Part shown: positions 26,335 to 37,000 of the stretch, piece by piece
Position numbering within the stretch: the stretch's first letter is position 1
How the letters are laid out: every line of letters starts with the position of its first letter
Origin: Lama guanicoe
Lineage: Eukaryota
Direction of reading: 5' to 3'
Assembly: GCA_013239625.1 (NCBI GenBank)
Contig: MU053873.1
Span: 324,524-388,523, forward strand
Length of the DNA stretch: 64,000 nt
Notes under the pieces: generated by a model
What the model was told of the DNA's origin: nothing
Seen by the model: the letters and a program-made list of their open reading frames with translations, nothing else
Database searches by the model: none
Translations under genes and position numbers: made by a program

Positions 26335-26988
26335 TTACTCCATCAACTTCTTGGCCTTGAAGAAGCGACGCAGGTAGAAGACCTGCCAGGTAGCTGGTCC
26401 AATGAGGCAGAACATTGAAAAGATGCTGAAGTACAGGACCCGAGTATTTGTTGACTCATTGGTATCACGCATCTCTCCCTCTCGCTTCTTCATATAGGCA
26501 AAATTATTAACAATAGCTTCTGAAAGGTCTTCTAGGCACCGTAGCTCCACCTCCAAAGGTTTGAGCTTCTCAACTTTTGCAATCTCTTCGTAATTTTTCG
26601 CCTCTACTCCATGCTTCATGTGTAGGAGCATGAGTTGGTCAGGTATTCGCCCTGTTCCCTTGCTCTCAAAACACACTTCGAACATGTCATCTTCAGTGGT
26701 AAAGGCAGATTTTCCCTTGGTTGCATCCTCCTTGGAGTACAGAGTATGGCCAGCAGCATCTGTGATCTTGAGATGGGTGTGCAGGCCACCAGCACCCCCA
26801 GGCTGGTCGGTGATCTCGTAGGCGCCGGTCACCAGCAAGTCCTTGTGGATCTCCTTGTGGAGGCACTTGTGGGAGTTAACAGGCAGATGGAAGGAGATGG
26901 TGAGGTTGGAGCTGGGGCCAAGCAGGAATAAAAGCAGCAATGATGGGTAAGGGCCACGCTGGGCTTGTGGGCCAGACAAACCAGACAT
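26335..26988 (-). CDS. TMED10: Open 217-aa ORF of the TMED10 retrocopy (signal peptide, GOLD domain, coiled coil, TM helix, FFKAKKLME tail); functionality unproven
   Basis: Translation aligns end to end with TMED10 (MSGLSGP...ISFHLP...[24 protein letters not shown]...[11 protein letters not shown]); start context GGCACCATG; no stops or frameshifts. Confidence 0.6.
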   Translation of the reverse strand: MSGLSGPQAQRGPYPSLLLLFLLGPSSNLTISFHLPVNSHKCLHKEIHKDLLVTGAYEITDQPGGAGGLHTHLKITDAAGHTLYSKEDATKGKSAFTTEDDMFEVCFESKGTGRIPDQLMLLHMKHGVEAKNYEEIAKVEKLKPLEVELRCLEDLSEAIVNNFAYMKKREGEMRDTNESTNTRVLYFSIFSMFCLIGPATWQVFYLRRFFKAKKLME

Positions 26989-29900
26989 GGTGCCGGAGAC
27001 TGTTCACCACCCCGGGCCTCTACTGCACCGGAAATGGGAGGAGGGGATTGTTTTCTTAATTTCTCTTTCTGGTAGTTTGTTGTTAGTGTATAGAAATGCA
27101 ACAGATTTCTGTATATTGATTTTTGTCTCCTGCAACTTTACTGAATTCATCGATAAGCTCTAGTAGTTTTATTCGGTGGTGTCTTTAAGATTTTATTTGT
27201 ATAGTATCATGTCATCTGCAAACAGTGACAGTTTTACTTCTTCCTTTCCAATATGGAATCCTTTTATTTATTCTTCTCATCTAATTGTGTGGCTAGGACT
27301 TCCAATACTAACGTTGAATGAAAGTGGCAAGAGTGGGCATCCTTGTCTTGTTCCTGATCTTAGAGGAAATCCTTTCAGCTTTTCACCATTAAGTATGATG
27401 TGAACTGTGGGCTTATCATATGTGGCCTTCAGATTATATCATATATGTTGAGGTATGTTCCCTCTATACTCAATTTGTGGAGAGTGTTTATATAAATGGA
27501 TGTTGAATGCAGATGTTGAACCATCCTTACATCTCTGGGATAAATCCCACTTGGCCATGGTGTATGATACTTTCAATGTATTGTTGAATTTTGTTTGTTG
27601 ATATTTTTAATAGACTTTATTGTTTTAGAGTAGTTTCAGGTTCACAACAGAATTGAGCAGAAAATAGAGTCACACATAGCCCTCCCCACCCACACATGTA
27701 TACTCCCCTAGCCTCAGCACCCCTCATCAGTGTGGCATATTTAGTACAATCAATGAACCAACATGGACACATTATTATCAACCAAAGTCCATAGTTTACA
27801 TTAGGATTTACTCTTGATGTTGTACATTCTATGGGTTTTAACAAATGCATAATGACATGGAGCCACAACTATAGTATCATACAGAATAATTTCATTGCCC
27901 TAAAAATCCCTTGTGCTCCATCTGTTCATTCCTCCCTCCTTCCCTCTCTCTCCCCAAACCCCTGGAAACCACAATCTTTTTATTGTTTCTGTAGCTGTGC
28001 CTTTTCCAGAATGTCATTTGGTTGGAATCTTACAGTTTGTAGCCTCTTCAGACTGGCTTCTTTCATTTAGTAATATGTCTTTTAAGTTTCTTCTATGTCT
28101 TTCATGACTTGGTAGATCATTTTTCACTGCATATATATTTTTTAATTTACATATATGTACTGTTCATTGTTTCTAAGAACATTTAGAGCTTTAGCTTTTT
28201 AAACTTACATAGTTATCAAAGGAATAAAGCCAACCACAAAATAAGAATTAACTCAAAAAGATACATACACCCTGCTATTATCAGCAACATTATTTATAAT
28301 TGCCAAGACTGGAAGCATCCTGAGCGCATATCAACAGTTGAACAGATAATGGAGATGCAGTATATATACTGCATCCCATAAAAAAGAAGGGTATTTTGCC
28401 ATTTGCAGCCCTTCATTCACTTTTTTTTTTCACTTCAAAAGCCAGAATTTTATAACTGGCAGAGAGACATTTCCATTACATCAAAAACAACAAAATACCT
28501 AGAAATAAACTTAACCAAGGAGGTTACATATATTCTGAAAACCGAAATGACACAAAGAAATGGAAAGATTTCTTGTGCACTTGGATTGGAAGAATCAACA
28601 CTATCAAAACGGCCACACTACCCAAAGCAACCCACAGATCCAACACAACCCCCATCAAAATACTTGCAACATTCCTCACAGAACTGGAACAAACAATTCC
28701 AAAATTTATAAGGAACCACAAAAGCACCGAACAGCCAAAGCAATCTTTTGTAGGTCTCTCTCTTTTTTCTTTTCTTTCTTCTTTTTGTTATCTTTTCTTA
28801 TGGTTTGATGACCAGAGAAGTTCCTTTAACATTTGTTGTAAAGCTGGTTTGGTGGCGCTGAAATCTTTTAGCTTTTATCTGTGAAGCTTTTGATTTGTCC
28901 ATCAAGTCTGAATGAGAGCCTTGCTGGATATGCTTGCTAATATTTTTTGAGGATTTTTGCATCTATGTTCATTAGTCATATTGCCTGTAATTTTCTTTTT
29001 TTGTGGTATCTTTGTCTGGTTTTGGTATTAGGGTGATGTTGGCCTTGTGGAATGAGTTTGAAAGCAGTCCTTCCTCTGTAATTCTTTGGAAAAGTTGTGA
29101 AGCCATCTAGTTCTGGACTTTTGTTTGTTGGGAGTTTATTATTGTTATCACTGATTCAGTTTCATTACTGGTAATTGTTCTGTTCATGTTTGCTATTTCT
29201 TCCTGGTTCAGTCTTGGGAGATTATACAGTTCTAGGAATTTGTTGATTTATTCTAGGTTGTCCATTTTATTGGATTAGAGTTGTTTGTAGTAACCTTATG
29301 ATCCGTTGTATTTCTGTGGTGTCGGTTGTTAACTTCTTTTCTCTATTGATTTTACTAATTTGGACCCTCTATTTTTCTTGATGAGTTTAGTTAAAGGTTT
29401 ATCTATTTTGTTTATTGTTTCAAAGAACCAGCTCTTAGTTTAGTTGATTTTTTTCTATTGTTTTTCTAGTCTCTATTTATTTCCTCTCTGATCTTTATGA
29501 TTTCCTTTGTCCTACTAACTTTGGGTTTTGTTTGTTCTTCTTTTTCTAATTTCTTTAGGTGAAAGTTTAGGTGGTTTGAGATTTTTCTTGTTTCCTGAGG
29601 TAAGCTTATATCACCATAAAATTCCCTCTTAGAACTGCTTTTGCTGTATCCCATAGATATTGTGTGTTTTAAAGAAATTTTTATTGAAGTATAGTTGATT
29701 TACAATGTTGTGTTAATTTCTGGTGTACAGCATAGATTCAGTTGTACATATGTATACATTTCATATTATTTTTCATTAATACAAGGTATTAACTATAGTT
29801 CCCTGTGCTATACAGTAAGACCTTGTTGTTTATCTATTTTGTATGTAGTAGTGACTGATGGCATGAAGTCCTAGAGGAGTCAGGAGACAACTGGATCAAG

Positions 29901-30629
29901 AACACCTGCCTTGAAAACAAGAAAGGGGGCCTTTATCCTCTGAGACAGGATTGAAGGTGCTAAAGATGTAGGTATAGTGTAGATGTTAAAGAATAGGTGT
30001 GAGACAGCATGAAAGTTTTTCCCCCTTTTTCAGAGTTCATCTGCTCAGAGTGAGGGAGTTAAGTGTGATCCAGGAGTCTTAGACAAGTAAAGTCTTAGAA
30101 AAGACACATGAGAAATGAAAAAGATTTCTAACTTGGGAAATGTAAAATGATTGTAAGAACCTACTCTTAGGAAACATTCTGGATGACATTGTCACTGTGT
30201 CCTTGAAGTTCTTAGTGACATTGGTCTTTACTGAAGAAACCAATTTGTATCTTCTTGGAAGATGCCTACTTAAGGTTAACCCTTGTGGACTAGGTGTATT
30301 TATGATATATATTTTACAACTTTTATTTTCCTATCATGTACCAGACATGGGGGCTAACGGCAGTCATAATAATCATGTTGTAAACCTGCTTTACCATATA
30401 TGTTCTCAATCAGCACAACCACCCTCAGAGACAGGCAAGGCACAAATTGCTTTTGCCACTTCACAAATGAGGAAAGACCTAAAAGTTTATGGACCTGCCC
30501 ACACTGCATACCTAGTGAATACAAAACCAGGAGTTAATCACATTTTATAATCTAGGTTTCATGCTCTAACTTCTGCTCTTTATAACATGAACATTAACAA
30601 CTGTATTAAAACAGGCTTTGTTGGGGGTA

Positions 30630-30770
30630 GGGAGGGTATAGCTCAATAGTAGAGTGCATGCTTAGCATGCAGGAAGTCCTGGGTTCAATCCCCAGTATCT
30701 CCATTAAATAAATAAATTAACTAACCAACCAACCAACCTAATTACCTCCTCTTCCCCAATTAAAAAAAAT
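30630..30770 (+). mobile_element. tRNA-Ala-derived SINE (vic-1 type)
   Basis: GGGAGGGTATAGCTCAATAGTAGAGTGCATGCTTAGCATGC...GGTTCAATCCCCAG, CCTAATTACCTCC tail and A-rich end. Confidence 0.88.
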
Positions 30771-30874
30771 TTTTAAAGGCTTAATGAGTCATAAATGCTC
30801 AAGCTGCAACACATGACATGGAGCACCTAAACTTGATCATCCTTGGAATCATTTGCCAAATTTTTAACCTTTCT

Positions 30875-32530
30875 TGTTTTCGTCTCAAGATATTTTCTGA
30901 TTTTACTTTTGATTTTTCTTTGATCCATTAGTTGTTGAAATGTGTTATTTAATTTCCACATTTTTGTGAATTTTCCAGTTTTCTCTTTGCTGTTGATTTC
31001 TAGTTTTGTTCCTTTGTGGTCAGGAAAGATACTTTGTATGACTTCAGTTTTCTCAAATTTTTTGAGATTTGTTTTGTGGCCTTGTTTTGTGATCTGTCTG
31101 GGAGTATGTTCCATATGCTCTTTTTTTGGTATATGTATTTTTATTGAAGTATAGTCAGTTTACAATGCTGTGTCAATTTCTGGTGTACAGCACAATGCCC
31201 CAGTCATACATGAACATACATTTATTCATTTTCATATTCTTTTTTACTGTAGGTTACTACAAGATATTGAATATAGTTTCCTGTGCTATACAGTATGAAC
31301 TTGCTGTTTATCTATTTTATATAAGTTAGTATCTGCAGATCTTGAACTCCCAATTTATCCCTTTCCATCCCCTTCCCCCTAGTAACCATAAGTTTGTTTT
31401 CTATGTCTGTGAGTCTGTTTCTGTTCTGTAATTAAGTTCACTTGTCTTTTTTTAGATTCCACATATAAGTGATGTCATATGGTATTTTTATCTTTCTGGC
31501 TTACTTCACTTAGAATGATTATCTCCAGGTCCATCCATGTTGCTGCAAATGGCATTATTGTTATTTTTTATGGCTGAGTAGTATTCCATTGTATAAATAT
31601 ACCACAGCTTCTTTATCCAGTCATCTGTTGATGGACATTTAGGTTGTTTACATGTCTTGGCTATTGTAAATAGTGCTGCTTTGACCGTTGGGGTGCATGT
31701 ATGTTTTTGAATTAAGGTTCCCTCTGGATATATGACCAGGAGTGGGATTGTTGGGTCATATGGTAAGTCTGTTTTTAGTCTTTTGAGGAATCTTCATACT
31801 GTTTTCCATGATGGCTACACCAAACTACATTCCCACCAATAGTGTAGGTGGGTTCCCTTTTCTCCACACCCTTTCCAGCATTTATAGTTTGTAGACTTTT
31901 TAATGATGGCCATTCTGACTGGTGTGAGGTGATACCTCATTGTAGTTTTGATTTGCATTTCTCTGATAATTAGCAATATTGAGCATTTTTTCACGTACCT
32001 ATTGGCCATTTGTATGTCTTCACTGGACAATTGTTTGCTTAGGTCTTCTGTCGATTTTTAGACTGGGTTGTTTGGTTTTTTATTATTAAGTTGTATGAGC
32101 TATTTATATATTCTGGAAATTAAGCCCTTGTCAGTCTCATCTTTTGCAAATATTTTCTCCCATACAACAATCCTTCAAAGGATCATATACCATGATCAAG
32201 TGGGATTTATCCCTGGGGTGCAAAGATACTTCAACATACACAGATCAATAAGTGTGAAACATCAGATTAATAGGGTAAGAAATAGAAATTACTATGATCA
32301 CCTCAATAGATGCAGAAAAGGCATTTGACAAAATAAAACATCTTTCATGATAAAAAAATTCTCGATAATTTGGGTATAGAAGGAGCATAACTCAATATTA
32401 TAAAGGCCATATATGACAAGCCCACCTTTAACATTATACTTAATGATGAAATGTTAAAAGTTTTTTCTCTAAGATCAGGAACATGACAAGGAGGCATACT
32501 TTTACCACTTCTTTTCAACATAGTACTCTA
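30875..32530. mobile_element. Composite L1: older ORF2 endonuclease fragment (-), younger L1 3' end 31120-32163 (-), ORF2 RT-region fragment 32164-32530 (+)
   Basis: Peptides [43 protein letters not shown] and IIYHDQVGFIPGVQ are L1 ORF2 motifs. Confidence 0.85.
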
Positions 32531-33858
32531 AGGATACTTTTCCTGATGCCCAAACAAGACCAAACCCCTGCTGGGGGTATTCAGAGCTCCCATCACTTTC
32601 TTTCACAGCCCTTCTCATGGTTTGCCAGGGAAGTTCGCATAACTCAAAGGTTCACTAGACTGAAAGCCCAGGTTAGGAACTGGGCCCGCTTTCCTTCTCA
32701 TATCCCTGGACCTCGCAGGATAGGCACTCAATAATAGAAGCATCACAGAGCGGAGAGAGGAAACAGATGAGAAAAATAAAGGGGCAAAGAATGGCCAAGT
32801 GTGGCTGGGATGCCAGCTCTGGGGAGACAGAGCTGGACAGGCCAGCTGATGTCAGATACGGAATCTGGTTTGTATTTTGTGAACCAGGGATGTCAGCCAA
32901 GCATCCAGAGCAGGATAGCAGTTACATGTCAGCTCATCGGAGAGTAACTGGGACGGCCTAGTATATTCCAAAAAGCCTTTGAGAACAGGGAATCTGGGCT
33001 GATTTACATTTTCTGTGTGCTGTGCTTGCCTAAGCTTTGCTGTTACTACTGTAAGTGAACGACACTGCAGAACTTCCCACTCAGCAGCCCTAGTGCTTCA
33101 TCCAGTAGCTCATTAGGATGGGAAGTCCTTTCATTATGACCAGCGGAGCATTTCTGCACCATTCTTTAGCAAAGAATTCAAACATTTTTTGAGTTCAACC
33201 TTTTTTCAAACAGATGTTTACTAAAGTGAGCAAGGATTTGCAGCTGTTTGGAGCCTGAGTGGCAGATGAGCCCAACTTCTTGGGGACAAGTGTGAGTTAC
33301 ACCCCGAAGGCTGCCTCAGCAGTATGCCCAGACAGCACGCAGACCACCTCCACACCTGCGGGGATCTCAGGTGAGGGGTCCCTAATTGCTTGGTGATTAG
33401 GCTTGTGAGAGAAATACTTTCTCACAATAAGGCCTTGCTGGCAGCGTTAGCTTTGGGAGCTAGGCTGGGATCACTCAACTGCCTGTCCCTCCACCTCCTG
33501 AGGGACCCTAGGTTGTATTTAAACAGACCTCCTTCCCTACCTGTAACTGTGAGTGCCAGAGCAATCCAGATGTGCCTTCACTCTAAACTATAAAGAAACA
33601 ATTAACCATAGTTAATGGCCCATAGTTTGTTATTTCTGTACTCTATTCCCAAGGTTCCCTCCTAAGTTATTAGCCAGAAAGAAACAAACCTGCACATAAA
33701 ACTATTTCATAGAAACAAAGGAAGTGAGCTCTTTTTTGCTTTATTTCCCTTTGATTTAAAGTAATGGGTCTTCCTAGTTGGAAATGAAGTTCATTCCCAC
33801 AGAAGGGAAAGGCTACCTACCATTCACTGTCTCGCGTCATTACGATGCAGACAAGTAG

Positions 33859-34030
33859 ACAGGATCGGCTACAGAATTTGCAGGACCCCTATGTACAAAA
33901 TGAAAATATGAGGCCCCTTGTTAAAAACAGTAGGAATTTCAAAACTCCAAGAAGAGTGTTAAACCAAGGGCAGGGTCCTTCTGAGCACAGGGCCCTGTGT
34001 GACGGCAGAGGCTGTGCACACAGAATGGTC
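33859..34030 (-). mobile_element. MER45A-like hAT-Tip100 element
   Basis: 'caggatcggctacagaatttgc...aaaatgaaaat...ggccccttgtt...aaaccaag...ccttctgagcacagggccctgtg' resembles the reverse complement of the MER45A consensus as I recall it. Confidence 0.7.
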
Positions 34031-37000
34031 TGAGTACTAGGACAGGGGACTCCACCCTGAGGAGCTCAGGCATGTGGACAGCTGCTCCCTGGCAGAGCCT
34101 CTGCAGAGAAGAGAGCAGGCAGTGCGTCCAAGGACAGCATTCCCTTGGTGGTCCTCCCAGTTCTGATCTGCTTGGTGTTTGGGTATCAGAGGGTCTAAGG
34201 ATCAGCAAAGAATTGGGGTCCCTTAGGACACTGGGATTGAGGAGGCATGAAGAGGGGGAGTTTCTAGGCATGGAATTATCACTGTTTTATTTTCATTTAA
34301 TCAGCCAATTTTTAAAAAACTGAAGTAGAATTTATCAAATTTAGATGACTTTTCCCCCCTCTGAACCTACTCCTTCCTTTTTCCATCTTAGTAGGTGATC
34401 CAGCTAGACAGATCACTGTCCACCTAGTTGATCAAGGCAGAAACCTGGGATCGTCTTTGACTGATTCCTTCTCCTTCTTTGCCTCAGTAGCGCTGAGTCC
34501 TGTCAATTCTGCCTTCAGTGTACCCCTTGGGCCCACACATCCACTCTTCTCTGCCTCTGCTGAGGCCACTATCGCTTCTGGCCATGATTATAATAACCAC
34601 AGCCTCCTCAGAATCATGCAGACTAGAGTTTAAGTCCTCATTCTGCTGCACATTAGCTGAGTGACCTTGGATAGGGCTCTTCACTTTTCTGAGCCTCAGT
34701 TTCTTTATCTGTAAAACGGGGATAATACCACCTATCTTCAACGGTTGTTAGGACTAAATGAAATGACGCAGGTGGCTTATCACACAGTTCGTGCTCAGTG
34801 AATTAGCATCTTCTCTTTCCTTCTTCATCCTTCAGGCCTTAGTTTAAACATTACTTCCTTAGGAACCCCTCCCAAGTTGCCACAGGTTCCCACGGGCCAC
34901 CAGACTGCTCTGCAGCATTCATCACACTTCCGTGGCTCCTGTCAGGCAGGGCTGTGGAAGTACAGAGCAGGGGAGGGTACCACGGAGGAAAGGGTGCCAG
35001 AGGGCTCCTTTCGAAGTTTTCTGCTACTCTGGACTAGAGGCGTGCAGTGCCCCTCTGAGGGCAAGGGTTCCGACACATTTCCCTCCTCCCTCCAGTTCGG
35101 CAGGTACAGGTACAAGGAGAAGTGCCGTTACCTTGGAGCGGGGCAGGTGGCCTGGGAAGCAAGCGGGATTCCTGCCTCCATTTTCTGGACTATATGAGAA
35201 CGCAGGTAAGATGTGGGGAGTCAGAGCAGGCATTCAGGTGCCAGCTTTGGCAGGATGTTACCCCTCATGCTGCAGGGCAGCTGGACTTGGTGAAACATGA
35301 TCTATTTCCTCCTGGATCCGTGACAGCCTCGTGGGTGGACTGGACAAATTTCCCCACAGATGAGAAATTAAAGCAGCAGCATAGAGTGGTCAAGGTCACA
35401 CCCTAAATAAGTGATGAAGGGGCTAGAACACAGGCCCCACAGAGCAGGGTCGGGGCAGCACAGAGCTAGGCACACACAGGCGGGTACCCAGCTCGAGCGT
35501 CTTCTGGCTGAGTTGTCTCAACCTCTGATCAAGTCAGTGGCTGCTGCCTTATTTTCAAGTGAGGATAAAATAGTACTGACCGTAGAAGACTGATAGAATT
35601 AAATGTGTCACTTCATGGAAAGTACCCAAACAGTGCCTGGCCTAGGGTAAGTATTTTTACCTTCTTGTTCAATTCTCTGTTGAGAACCCTCAAATAGCTA
35701 TAGAATGGAGACCAGTGTTTGGCCCAAATAGACTTCTTTGGCTTTTAACAAATACTTCCTGCCTTCCCTCATTTGCTAACCCGTGCCCTCGGGCTCAGTT
35801 CCCCAGACCTGCTCTCCTGCCTTGGCTCGTGGTGACCCAGTATCACCACGGGTTAAGTCACTGCTGTCCCTCAAGGGCAGGCTCTCTGGTCAGACACGTC
35901 GATGGGCTTGCTTCCTCCTCTGAGCATCTCTAGTCCGTATTCAACTTGCTGTAACCACTAGGTTTTAGAGGAAGGCTGAAAAGTATTCTCTAAACGACTG
36001 ACACATAAAATTACTTTTCACTTAGACACTGTCTCACTGCTTAACAAACCCTCCATCCACCATAGTGCCTCTTCCGCTTTTACTCCATCTCTTATGATTG
36101 TGAGATGCTGTAAACTTCTGACATTGAAAAAACAAAACAGGTGCCAAAGTACCATTTAAGTTTTGCAAAACATATAGAATTTCATAAAGTCATGTTAGTA
36201 TTGTTGGGAAACTGCTTAAATGAGTGCAGTCCCTGGCAAATGAGGACTGAGAATGAGGCCCACTAATAAGTGAGGCGCACAGGGGGGTAGTCTGACTATC
36301 AAAGGACTGAAGGGTTAAGAGAAGCCCTCTGGGGAACTGAAGAAACCCTTTTGCAGGAACAACCCTGTGGTTGATTGCACTGTGGAAATCAAGCATGAAA
36401 TGATGTTATTGTACAGTCATATGCCTTAGGAGGGAAATACATGTAAAATATTCTTTTTCTAAGAATTAGCCCATTGTTGCAACTACATTTTGCTAATAGA
36501 TACTTGTTCCAATCAAGCCCTTTTCACTATTTACTATATGAAATTCTGGTCTCCATTTACAGTGGGTTGACACTTAAAAGGTCTTTTCAGTTCCCAGATT
36601 TTTGGATAATGAGAGTCTTTTTACTTATTTGCCCAATCTTCTCTAGCAGATGGCACATTCTTGAGGGCAAACAGTGCCAGAGACAGAAATGCCATCTCAT
36701 CACAAGGGACACGGGGGCAGGAATGTGTCTTAGTCACCACAAAAGCCTGTGCAGAACCATAGGCCTCATTAGTTAAGTGAATGAGTCACCTGGCGCATCC
36801 AGAGCTGTTAAAGGTAAAAGACCCCATGGCTGAGGCCTCAGTTAGCGGCCCTAGAAATGAGGGGTCACCAGGTGACCTCAGACACCCAGGCTCTTGTCCT
36901 CAGCTCGGTCTGGGCTTTTCAGGCATTGGCAGTGATATTCAGAATTCTGGAATGCACTGGGGGGCAGAGCTACATGGAAGACAGGAGAGTGACAAGGGTG

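Larger units (their letters stand above)
23236..27043 (-). pseudogene. TMED10: Full-length processed retrocopy of TMED10 (p24delta1/TMP21) mRNA: 5'UTR, intronless CDS, about 3.1 kb 3'UTR, poly(A) remnant
   Basis: Intronless TMED10 ORF; flanked by direct repeat GGGATTGTTTTCTT at 23222-23235 and 27044-27057; minus-strand AATAAA at 23267-23272 just upstream of a T-tract (plus strand); interrupts a contiguous L1. Confidence 0.92.
21030..29660 (-). mobile_element. Interrupted LINE-1 (3'UTR to ORF2) hosting the TMED10 retrocopy, a SINE and other insertions
   Basis: L1 3' end at about 21030; collinear ORF2-derived segments 21940-23235, 27044-27608 and 28931-29660 (ORF track peptide LKKLEKEEQTKPKVSRTKEIIKIREEIN is L1 ORF2). 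Confidence 0.85.

Noticed and set aside
21285..32328. Many 60-140 aa ORFs in the intergenic interval
   Set aside because: Apart from those overlapping the TMED10 retrocopy, most are fragments or antisense frames of decayed L1 sequence; no intact ORF1/ORF2.
32540..33110. Possible solo LTR
   Set aside because: Some LTR-like flavour, but I could not identify TG...CA ends, a TSD or a family.
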